Shown: positions 30,935 through 43,931 of the stretch, in pieces
Position numbering within the stretch: position 1 is the first letter of the stretch
How the letters are laid out: every line of letters starts with the position of its first letter
Assembly (NCBI RefSeq): GCF_009914755.1
Contig: NC_060932.1
DNA from: the human T2T-CHM13v2.0 reference genome, Homo sapiens
Reading direction: 5' to 3' (one strand)
DNA length: 64,000 nucleotides
Notes under the pieces: generated by a model
Database searches by the model: none
What the model saw: the letters and a program-made list of their open reading frames with translations, nothing else
What the model was told of the DNA's origin: nothing
Made by a program: the position numbers and the translations under genes

Positions 30935-31230
30935 GCTGGGTGTGGTGGTTCATGCCTGTAATCTCAAAGGAGGCTAAGGCAAGAGATCACTTAAGTCAAG
31001 AGTTGGAGACCAGCCTGGGAAGTATATGACACTCAGTATCTACCAAAAAAAAAAAAACCTAAAAAATAAGCTTGGTGTGATGACACTCACATGTAGTTTC
31101 AGATGCTTGGGAGGCTGAGGCGGGAGGATCACTTTAGCCCAGGAGTTCAAGGCTGCAGTGAGCTATGATTGTGCCACTGGACTCCTGTCTGGGCAACAGA
31201 GTGAGATTCTGTCTCGATAAATTAATAAAA
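30935..31230 (+). mobile_element. AluJ
   Basis: gcccaggagttcaaggctgcagtgagctatgat is J-type. Confidence 0.88.
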
Positions 31231-31301
31231 ATATTTTTTTCTGCAGATTGCTTTCCATTGATTGATGTCACTGTATTCCCATGACTTAAAAGTTGTTTAT
31301 A

Positions 31302-32527
<1,226 letters not shown>

Positions 32528-33824
32528 TTATCTGTCCCTGTAGAGCATGATGTTCTGAGATTGTTGGCCCGAACAGAGCTCTGAACATTCAAGTTGTCTG
32601 AGAGGAATAGGAATTTAAATAAGCTTTACTTGAGTACTACTATGAGCTAAGCATTAAAGTAGCATCTAGGCATTAAAGTAGTATACTAGGCATTCAAATA
32701 GCACCACAGCTAGCTTATTACTGCCTTTTTGCAATCTAGAGAAAGCCCTCCTTTTCCTGTAGTGGGCACAGGACTTCTCTAGGGCACATTTACTTTTAGC
32801 TCCTGATCACCAACTTGCCTAAGTGTCTTGAGCAGTGCACATACAACTCAACCATACTTGGTTAGTGCTATCCTGAGGATAAAACAGGTAAGTTAGACAC
32901 TAGCTTGGCTTTCAAGGAATTCACAAATTAATTGTGGTGATGACAATGTATAAAAAATATGATATAAAAATACTAAGTGTATAATGAGGGTACGAAAAAT
33001 ATGTGCTGTGGAAACCCATCATATAAAGCTAATAACTGAAATGATTAACAAATTTCTACAACTCTTATTCAATAAAGAATTGTAAGTCTGTGGCCTAAAT
33101 TGCTAGGTTTTTGAAATATTCAAGATCATCAATTGCATCATTCCTGAACTTGCTTACCCTTAGAGGATAGTTGTTTGTGAGAACTGAGAACAATTAACTA
33201 ATCTTAGTACCCACTTAACATAAAACATCTCCTCCCTGACAGAAGAAATAATTACATAATCACACTTTGGGATAGACCTTCATTCTAACAAGAAAAAAAG
33301 CTGTCTTTTTTTCTCACCTGTTTTCTGGTGGCTGCACTCTAAAAACCTCAAGATAATACTTCTTTGTGATGTCAGCAAGGCTTTCACAGAGATGATGTAC
33401 TTTATCTCAATATTTCAGAATTTCAGGTGAAGATATTTGTGCTTCATAATAGTGGAAAATGTGAGAGCAAAGTATTCGCTGTGGAAGAAGTGTTTTGTGC
33501 AAATGCTTTGAACTGCAGAAGCAAAAATGATGCAGTGTATTCAGCAAGGAGCTCTGACTGGCTACAACATATGGGTCTATATGTGCAAAGTCAAGGAAAA
33601 AGAAGATGTGCAAGGTAGGTGAGTAAACAAACAAACAAAGTCATGGAATTGTGAGGAATATATTTTTTTTTAATAAAAATCACCTGGGAACCAGGATAAG
33701 TCTTTAAAGGAATAGAAGGATATAGTCAGATTTGGTTTGTGGAAGATAACTTGGGCAGTAGTGTGGAGCAAAGGAGAGTGGGAAAAGACCAATGACTGCT
33801 GGAGGTGACTGCCATGGTATAGGC

Positions 33825-34020
33825 AAGTGGTTCTGAACCTGGAGTGATTTGGTGCCCAGAGAACATCTGCCAAGGCCTGGAGAAGGCTGGAGGCAGTGTT
33901 TGCTATTGGTATCGAGAAGCTAAGCACACTGCTGAACACCCTACATTTTATAACACAGCACCCAACAACAAATAATTATAGTGACAAAAATGTCAGTGCT
34001 GCCTAGATTGAGAAAACCTG
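33825..34020 (+). mobile_element. MER20 (hAT-Charlie)
   Basis: agtggttctgaacc..aacaaataattat..aaaatgtca..ttgagaaaacctg. Confidence 0.75.
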
Positions 34021-34029
34021 CTTTCAATA

Positions 34030-37000
34030 GGGTGGTAATGCATGGTATCACATTAAAGGTTTCATTTGTGTTTCAATAATGACTAATGAGTATCTTTTCA
34101 TGTGCACAATCAATAAAGAGTATTGAGCATCTTTTCAACTTTTCATTGCATCCCTATGTCTTCTTTGGTGAAGTGTCTGTTTAAATCATTTGTGCATTTT
34201 AAAAATTGGGTTATTTTCTTATCATTGCATTTGAGAGTTCTTTATGTAGTTGAAATACCAGACCTTTATCAGATATGTGTTTTGCAAATATTTTCTCCCA
34301 GTCTGGTTCTTGGGTTTTCATTCTCTTAACCAGGTCATTGGAAGAGCAGAAGTTTTTATTTTTGATGAAGTCTAATTTTATACCTTTTTCCTTTATGAAC
34401 TGTATACTCTGTGTTATATCTAGAAAATCTGTGACTAATTCAAGGTTTAAAAGATCTTCTCCTAGGCTGTTTCATAGTTTTAGGGTTTACATTTAAATCA
34501 CTGATACATTTTGAATTAATGTTTCTATATGGTGCAAGGTATGGATTGAAGTTCATTTTGTATGTAGATATCAATTGTTCAAGAAAAAAAGTTGAAAAGT
34601 GTACACTTTTTTCACAGAATGCCTGGGGAATTTTGTGAAAAAATCAATTGATCATATCTAAATGGGTTTATTTCTGGACCCTCCATTGTGTTGTTCATTT
34701 TATGCCAATAACACATTGTCTTGATCATATGGCATTATAAGACTTGAATTATTAACCACAATTACTTTTTCACCAACCTAATAGATAGTGAAACTTCTCC
34801 AACCTTATTCTTCTCCTGCAAGGTTATTTGGCTCTTCCAGGACCTTTGCATTTCCCTATAAATTTTAGAGCCAGCTTGTCAATTTTAATAAAAAGCTTGC
34901 CAAGATTTTGAATGGAATTGAATTGGTTTATAAATCAGTATTAGGTGAATTGTTATCTTTAAAATATTGAGTCTTCTGACCCAAGAGCCTAGTATATCTC
35001 TCCATTTATTAAGATCTTTAAATTCTTTCAACAAAGTTTTATAAATTTTAGTATACAGCTCTTTTCATTTTTTGTTAGATTTAGCTCTTTATACTTTTGG
35101 TGCTATTTTAATAGAGTTTTAAATATTGCAATTGTCAATTGTTCTTTGCTTTTATAATGAAATACAAGTTATTTTTGCCTCCTGCACTCCTGATAAACTC
35201 AGATACTAATTTTAGAAACTGTTTTGGAGATTTCTTAGGATGCTGGACACAATCATTCTATCTGCAAAAAAACACAGTGTTAGTACTTTTTTTTCCAATC
35301 TGGATGCTCTTCTTTTCTTGCCTCATTGCATTGGATTGAATGTATGAATTGTTATTTACTTTCCAAAACTAGGGAATTTTCCTTATATGTTTCTGTTACT
35401 CATGCTAGTTTGCATTCTGAAAACATCATAATTTGTATGATATTAATCATTTTATACTTGAGACTTGTTTTATGGTCCAGAATATGGACTATATTGTTAA
35501 ATGTTTCATGTGCACTTGAAACTTTCTAAACTTAGTAATGTTTGGTAGACATATGCTATCATGGTGAAAGAAGCGTGATTATAATTGCTTATTTGTCTTT
35601 TATTCCTTACAATTCAATCAGCTTTTTCCTTATATACTTAGAAACTGTTATCAGTATATAAACACAGGATTATTATATTATTTTGAATAGCAGAACTATC
35701 ATTATGAAATGACTTAGTTTATTTCTAATAATACTATTCTTTTCTCTGAAATCTGCATATTCTGATATTAATTTAGGCACCATAACTTTATTTTGATTAT
35801 AGGTAGCATGATATATCATTTTCCATGCTTTTACTTGTGATCTATTTAAGTCTTTATATTTAAAGGGACTTTTTATATGCCATATATAATTGGGTCTTTC
35901 TTTTTTAATCAAACCTGACAACCTCTGACTTTTAAGTGGGATGTTTAGACCATTTATAATCAATGTTATTAATGTTATAGTTGGAATGAAATCTTCCATC
36001 TGCTTTTGGTTTTCTGTGTATCATATCTGTCCTTTGCTTTATGTTTCCTTTTCATTAATTCGAAATTTTCATTACTTTACTTCTTTGCTAGCTTAAGTAT
36101 AACTTTCTTGTTGTTATTTTAGTATTTGCTGTAGAGTTTGAGGTATATCTGCTTAACTTTTACATTCTACCTTCATTTAATATTATACCACTTCACATAA
36201 AGTATTAAAAACAATTTATTTTTATTTCTAGGTACTCAAACTCAGTGCTGTTGTTGTCATACATTTTACTTTTATACATGTTATAAACATAACAATTCAT
36301 TTTCATTATGTTTTCTTTGGACTGTTGACAATAATTTGAAAGATTTAAATGTAGTAAGAAAAAAAGTTTTGACTGCAGATGTAGTTACCATTTCTATTGC
36401 TCTTCATTTCTTTCAGTAGTTCCAGATTTTCATCTGGTATAATTTTTCTTCTGCCTGAAAGGTTTTCTTGGATTTCAATTCAGCTGGTGATAAAATCTTT
36501 CATCTTTTGTGTATCTAGGAAGGCTATTTCTCTTTTGTTTATAAAGATATTTTGACTGGTTAGAGAATTCCAGGTTGACAATACTATAAAAATGTTACTT
36601 TACAATATTCTCAGTTGCTTTGTTTCCATTAAGTATCCCCTGTCATCTTTATTGTTGTTGTAGTGTATATAACATGTCTTTTTCTTCTAGTTGCTTTTAA
36701 CATTTTCTCTTCATTGGTCTTTTTAATTAATTCGATTACGATGTTCCTTGGTGTAGTTTTCTTTCTGTTTCTTGTGTTTTGGGTATTTTGGGAATTGCTT
36801 CTTCAAATATTTTGATTTGTTCCCTATTCATTTTTCTCCTTCAGGAACTCTAATTGCACACACATTTGATTGCATTTAGTTGCCCAAGTCTCTGTCCATT
36901 TATTCAGCCTTTGTTTCTTTCTGTGCTTTATTTTGGTTAGTTTCTATTGCTATATCTTTAAGTTCAACAATTTTTTCCCCTGAAATGTCTCATCCACCAT

Positions 37001-37360
37001 TAAAGGTGTTTAGTGCATTTTTCATCTTAGACATTTTAATTTTTATCTCTAAAAGTTTGATTTGGGTTATTTTTATATCTAACATGTTTCTACTTATCAT
37101 ATTCCCTATTTCCTGTAACTTCTTGAAAATATGTAATACAATTACAATAACTGTTTTAAAGTCATTGTCTATGAATTCTATCACCTGTATTATTTCTAGG
37201 TAGTCTTGATTAATTAAATTTTCATGTCATTATGGACTCTATTTTTCAGCTTCCTTGATTGTCTAGTAACTTGTTACTGAATGCCAGATATTGATATTTT
37301 TACTTTGTTATGTTCTATGTTATATTTCCGTGAATTTCTTGTAATTTTTTCTGGAATTAC
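34030..37360 (-). mobile_element. Old L1M (ORF1, endonuclease and ORF2 3' fragments)
   Basis: ORF 35673-35999 (ITLIINGLNIPLKSQRLSGLIKK) is the L1 ORF2 endonuclease N-terminus; T-rich strand. Confidence 0.85.
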
Positions 37361-37364
37361 ACAA

Positions 37365-37395
<31 letters not shown>

Positions 37396-37653
37396 GTGAG
37401 ATGTTTATATGTGAGATATATATTTCTCACATATATGTATATATATATACATGAGAAAAGGTGATTGAGCCATTGTCTGCTTTCTCCACCATCACCCCAA
37501 CCCTCTCTCCCAGAGCATCCCTGGAAAAGGGAGCAAATGGATCACAGGCAGGTGCCTAATTTGTTTCTCACTCACGTGTACTGGATAATAGAGAAGGTTG
37601 TGTTTTATTTCTATTTTAGGATCTGCTTCTCCAGTTGAACTCTGACAAACACA

Positions 37654-39088
37654 GATTTTGATAACTGCAAGTAGGGTACTGCTGTAACAAATACCTAAAA
37701 ATATGGAAATGACTTTGGAATTGGGTAATGGGTAGAAGCTGGAAAAATTTTGAGATGTATGATTGGAAAGGCCTAGATTTCCTTTAATAGACCATTAGTA
37801 GAAATATGGATGTTAACAACTTTGCTAGTGAGGATTTAGAATAAAGGGAAGGGCAGGGTAAAGAAAACATGTATTTTCTTATTACCTAAATTGTCATAAA
37901 GAGGATGCTTATAGAATATTTATATTAAATGTGATGCCAGAGAAATAACATCATCTTAGAGAATACATAAATAATTATGAATATATTATTTAGAGAAATA
38001 TAAATCTTAAAAGTGCTGCCAGTGAGGGCTCAGAAATAAGGAACATGCTATTGAAAATTGAATGAAAAGATATCCTTGCTATATAGTGGCAGAAAGCTAG
38101 CTGAATTGTGTCATTCAGTTATGTGAAAAGCAGAACTTGTGAATGATAGACTTAAGTAACAGGACATTTCCAAGCAAAGTGTTAAGGTGCAGCTGGTTTC
38201 TTCTTCTGGCTTATAGCAAAAAGCAAGAGGAAAGAGACAGTTTAACTTTAAACTGTTAAACAAAGTGGAACTAGGACTTGATGATTTTGGAAGCTTCAGT
38301 CTCTCCAGATTACAAAATATGCTATAATTAGGAGATTTGTTGTCAGAAAAGCATACTTTCAAGAGACAACCAAAGGTATGGCTAAACAAGTTTTGTCTAG
38401 TGCCTCAGAATGATTGAAAGATGCACTTGTACAGAGAACTCTTTGAAGAGATTAGGCGTGGGACACCCACAATGTTCTTGACAATGTTATACCAGCAGAA
38501 ATACTGCCAGCTTGGACCTTGGATCAAAAAAGACAAAGAGAGTACTGGCTACAGCATCCTTAAACAGATTGATGAGACAAATAATCTGCAAACATGTACT
38601 CTCTTTCAAGAGAAAGAATAACTCCTAGGGCATAGTGAGGTGCCCAGAAGGTAAAGCCACAATCTCAGAGGATTATTTCCAGGACTTGAAACCGAATGAA
38701 GCTTATCCAGATGATATCAGAATTACTTGGATTAGCGACGCCTTTCTTTCTTTTTTTTTTTTCTTTCCTTCCCATTTTAAATGAAAGTGAATATATACTA
38801 TTATCATTAGTCTGTCTACCATTTCATTTTGGGTGAACATAACTAATTTCTTGAATTTTAGTGGACCACAGCTAGAGATGAATTGTGACTCTGGATGGAT
38901 TATATCAAAAGCCTCACCCACATCTGATTTAGATAAGGAGATTTGGGACTTTGGAGTTGATGATATTTTGATGAGCTATTAAACTTTGCTTTGATGCTAC
39001 AATTAATTAAGACTTTGGGAATGTTAAAATGGGATGAATGTACCTGGAATGTAAGACAGACGTGAATATTTGGAGCCAAAAAGTAGAC
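37654..39088 (+). mobile_element. MLT1 internal sequence
   Basis: ctgctgtaacaaatacctaaaaatatggaa..ctttggaattgggtaatgggtagaagctgg. Confidence 0.8.
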
Positions 39089-39603
39089 TGTTATAGGCAG
39101 AATAATGTCATTACCCAAAAAATGTTCGTGTCCTAATCCCCAGAAACTGTGAATAGGTTGTTACATAGCCAGAGAGAATTAAAGTGACAGATGAAATTAA
39201 GGTTGCTAGTCAGCTAACCTTACAAATAAAGAGATTGTCCTAGATTGTCTAAAATAATCTAATAATGTAATTACAAGGATCATTTATATGCTAAAAAGGG
39301 AAGTAGAAGAGTTAGTGTTAGAGTAATGCAATGCGAGAAAGACCTAACTGGTTAATGCTGGCTTTGAAGATAGACGGGAATCACTAATCAAGAAATATAG
39401 ACAGCCTCTGTAAAGTGCAAATGGCAGAAAATTCATCTTTTTAGTCTCCAGAAACCAATGCACTCCTGCCAACACTTTGGTTTTGGTCCAGTGAAATCCA
39501 TTTTAGATTTATGACCTGCAGAACCATAAGATAACTAATTTGTGTTGTTTTGAACCACTTAGTTCATTGTAATTTGTTACAGTAGCAATAGGAATATAAT
39601 ACA
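39089..39603 (+). mobile_element. MLT1D/E LTR (3' LTR of the element above)
   Basis: tgttataggcagaataatg..tcctaatccccagaa..tttgttacagtagcaataggaatataataca. Confidence 0.85.
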
Positions 39604-41007
39604 GGTTTGGGGGTACAATTTTTCTTATTATTTCTCTTTTCCAAGCTCTTTGCAATATTATCATTGCCATTGAACTATCTTTTTTTTTTTTTTCAAATTC
39701 AGAAAAGGTTAGAAATTTTCCCAATGTTCCACAGCTAGTAGCTGAAACTCAGACCTATGGCTTCAGTCTGACCTGACTAAATTGTGTATGCTTTCCACTC
39801 TACTACATTGACCTAAATATTACAGAACAGTAAAAAATTAACCTGGATGCCATTTTACAGATTTATACATTCAACCAACAATAATTGTGCTTTATCACAG
39901 CTGGCTTTATGGGAAACACTGAAAATAAAAGATAAGAGTGTGCCTGCTCTAGAGAAGCTAAAAGTTAAAATATATACAAAACTAGAAAGTTTAAAGTTAC
40001 TATTTTGATGTGGAAGTTATCTTTTTATTATGACAGCAAAGACTGACTTGCAGGCCATTCCAAATCCATTTTGCATAAGTAATGATTTAATTATGCTACT
40101 CTCAAGCCAATACATCCCTAGTAATTTTTGCTAACATAATGTGAAAGCCTTCTGTCTGATATGTAAACTTTCATAGAATATGATCCCAATCAACACATCA
40201 GAACTCTTTTCTTTTGAATCTCTAACATGAATCCTTACCTAATACACCATACCTTTGTCTGTCTCTTGAAAGTATCTTTTCTGACAGCAAATCTCCTAAT
40301 TGTAGCATCTTTTGTAATCTGGAGAGACTGAAATTTCTAAAATCACCAAGTCCTACTTCCACTTTGCTTAACAGTTAACAATGAAACTTTATACTTAAAT
40401 GATATAGACTGGTTGAATAAATTTTTTAAAACACCCAACTATATGCTGCATATAAGAAACTCATCACACCTATAAAGACATCTATAGCAATTCTCTTGCC
40501 TCAGCCTGCCAAGCATCTGGGACTACTGGTGTGCACAGCCACATCTGGCTTATTTTTAAATTTTCTGTATAGTCTGAGTCTTGCTATGTTGCCCAGGCTG
40601 GTCTCAAATTCATGGGCTCAAGTGATCCACTTCCACTTCTAACTGGGATAAGATATCTCATTATGATTTGATTTGCATTTTCCTGGTGATTAGTGATGTT
40701 GACCATTTTTCATATACCTGTTGGCTATTTATATGTTCTTTTCAAACTATCCAAAACAATAGAAGAGGAAGAAATTCTGTCTAACTTCTTCTAAAATGCC
40801 ATCATTACCCTTATACCAAAACAGACAAGAATGTAACAACAACAACAACAAAAAACTACAGGCAAATATCCCTGATGAAAGTTGATGTGAAAACCATCAA
40901 CAAAATACTAGCAAACTGAATCCAATAGTGTATCAAAAAGATAACACACCATGATCAGGTAAGATTTATCCCAGGGATGCCAGGATGGTTCAACACAGGC
41001 AAATCAA

Positions 41008-41012
<5 letters not shown>

Positions 41013-41088
<76 letters not shown>

Positions 41089-41215
41089 CATATATATACA
41101 CACGCATATATATACATATATATACACACATATATATAAATATATACACATATATACATATATACACATATATATACACACATATATATAATATATATAC
41201 ACACATATATATATG
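41013..41215. repeat. (TA)n(CA)n compound microsatellite
   Basis: About 20 uninterrupted TA units followed by about 13 CA units, then degenerate TA/CA. Confidence 0.97.
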
Positions 41216-41644
41216 TCATTAACAGAATGAAGAGAAAAAAGTATGATCATCTCAATAGACATAGAAAAAACTTTGATAAAATTTAACATCTCTTCAGGAT
41301 AAAAATGCTCAACATAAAAAGGCCCCATTTATTATGTCCTTCCATGCCTAGTTGGTTAAGCATTTTTATCCTGGAGGGATAAAAATGTTCAATATCTATT
41401 TGTCTTAAATGGACATAATAATGTTTATATATGGCCTCAACAAAGACCATATATGACAAACCCACAGCTAACATCATACTGAATGGAGAACAACTGAAGG
41501 CCTTTCCTCTAAGAACTAGAACAAGACAAGAATGTCCACTTGTACTGCTTCTATTCAACATAGTTCTGGAAGTCCTAACCAGAGCACTTAGCCAAAAGAA
41601 AGACAAAAAGCCATCCAAATTGGAAACAAAAAGGTCAAACTGTC

Positions 41645-43931
41645 TCTATTAGTCTGTTTTCATGCAGCTGATAAAAAGGTACCTGAGACTGCGTAATTTA
41701 TAAAGAAAAGAGGTTTAATGGACTCACAGTTCCATGTGGCTCAGGAGGCCTCACAATCATGGCAGAAGGTGAAAAGCATGTCTTACATGGCAGCAGGCAA
41801 GAAAGAATGAGAGCCAAGTGAAAGGGGAATCCCCTTATAAAACCATTAGATCTTGTGAGATTTATTCACTATCACAAGAACAGTATGGGGGAAACTGCCC
41901 CCATGATTCAATTATCTCCCACCAGGTCCCTTCCACAACACGTGGGAATTATGGGAACTAAAATTCAAGATGAGATTTGGGTGGGGCAGAGCCAAACCAT
42001 ATCATTCCACTTCTGGCTCTTCCCAAATCTCATGTCCTCACATTTCAAAACCCATTATGCCTTCCCAACAATCCCCCAAAGTCTTAACTCACTTCAGCAT
42101 TAACCCAAAAGTCCATAGTCCAAAGTCCCATCTAAGAAAAGGCAAGTCCCTTCTCCCTATGAGCCTGTAAAATAAAAAGCAAGTTAATTACTTCCTAGAC
42201 ACAATGGGGTACATGCATTGGATAAATATACCCATTCCAAATGTGAGAAATTGGCCAAAACAAAGGGGCTACAGGCCCCATGCCAGTCTGAAATCCAGTG
42301 GAGCAGTCAAATCTTAAAGCTCCAAAATGACCTCCTTTCACTGATGACATCCAGGTCACGCTGAAACAAGAAGTGGGTTCCCATGATCTTGGGCAGCTCC
42401 ACACCTATGGCTTTGCAGGATACAGCCCCTTCCTGGCTGTTTCACAGCTGGCATTGAGTGTCTGGCTTTTCCAGGTTCATGGTGTAAACTGTCGGTGGAT
42501 CTACCATTCTAAGGTCCGAAGGATGGTGGCCCTCTTCTCACAGCTCCACTGGACAGTGCCCCAGTGGGGACTCTGTGTGGGGGCTTCCACACCACATTTC
42601 CCTTCTGCACTGCTCTAGCACACATGCTCCATGTGGGCCCCACCACTGCAGCAAACTTCTGCCTGGACACCCAGGCATTTCCATACCTCCTCTGAAATCT
42701 AGGCAGAGGTTCCCAAACCTCAATTCTTAACTTCTGTGCACCCACAGGTTCAACACCATGTTGAAGCCGCCAAGGCTTTGGACTTGCACCCTCTGTAGCC
42801 ATGTCCTGAGCTGTACCTCGGCCCATTTTAACCACAGCTGGAGTGGCTAGGATGCAGAGTACCAAAGTCCCTAGGCTGCACAAAGCACAGAGACCCTGGG
42901 CCTGACCCACAAAACCATTTTTTCCTCCTAGGCCTTTAGGCCTGTGATGGGAGGGGCTGCTGCAAAGGTCTCTGACATGCCCTGATGACATTTTCCCCAT
43001 TGTCTTGCTGACTAACATTTGGCTCCCATTACTTATGCAAATTTCTACAGCCCACTTGAATTTCTCCTCAGAAAACAGATTTTTCTGTTCTATCACATCA
43101 TCCTGCTGCAAATTTTCCAAACTTTTATGCTGTTTCCCTTTTAAAACTGAATGCTTTTAACAGCATCCAAAGTCACCTCTTACATGCCTTGCTGCTTAGA
43201 AATTTCTTCCACCAGATACCCTAAATCATCTCCCTCAACTTCAATGTCCAATTTACTGTATTCATCTGTTTTCATGCTGCTGATAAAGACACACATGAAA
43301 CTGGGTAATTTATAAAGAAATGAGGTTTAATAGACTCACAGTTCCACATAGGTGGGGAGGCCTCATAATCATGGTGGAAGGCAAAGACACATCTTTTTTT
43401 TTTTTTTTTTTTGAGACAGAGTCTTGCCCTGTCTCCCAGGCTGGAGTTCTGTGGCACGATCTTGGCTCTCTGCAAACTCTGCCTCCCAGGTTCACACCAT
43501 TCTCCTGCCTCAGCCTCCCGAGTAGCTGGGACTACAGGTGCCTGTCACCGCGCCTGGCTAATTTTTTTAATATTTTTTAGTAGAGACAGGGTTTCACCAT
43601 GTTAGCCAGGATGGTCTCAATCTCTTGACCTCGAGATCCGCCTGCCTCGGCCTCCCAAAGTGCTGGGATTACAGGTGTAAGCCACCATGCCCAGCCAGCA
43701 AAGACACATCTTACATGGTGGCCAGCAAGAGAGAAGGAGAGCCAAGCGAAAGGGGAAATACCTTATAAAACCATCAGCTCTTGTGAGACTTACTCACGAT
43801 AATGAGAACAGTATGGGGGAACTACCCCATGATTCAATTATCTCCCATTGGGTTCCCCCTTCAACACGTGGGAATTATGGGAGCTACAATTCAAGTTGAG
43901 ATTTGGGTGGGTACACAGCCAATCCATATCA
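41645..43931 (-). mobile_element. THE1C MaLR element: LTR 41645-42004, internal 42005-43256 (internally deleted), LTR 43257-43931
   Basis: Two homologous LTRs (tattagtc..gccaaaccatatca) flank THE1-int; inserted into L1MA ORF2. Confidence 0.92.
43396..43696 (-). mobile_element. AluY-like element inside the THE1C 5' LTR
   Basis: 15-bp TSD gcaaagacacatctt at 43381-43395 and 43698-43712. Confidence 0.93.

Noticed and set aside
32651-32703. Three ~19-bp repeats (gcattaaagtag..) and a similar pair at 7618-7698, superficially array-like
   Set aside because: Ordinary degenerate tandem duplications with no unique spacers; CRISPR is not applicable to human DNA.
33419-33614. Plus-strand exon-like unit (tttcag| ... 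AAG|GTAGGT)
   Set aside because: Lies in decayed L2-like sequence, with no supporting plus-strand exon chain or recognisable protein.
40488-40634. Alu fragment shares ccaagcatctg and gcttattttt with the AluJ at 30935-31230, suggesting it as the donor
   Set aside because: The rest of the alignment is too diverged to support local copying by eye.
42509-43120. Longest ORF in the window (203 aa)
   Set aside because: Remnant reading frame in THE1-int; not evidence of a host gene.
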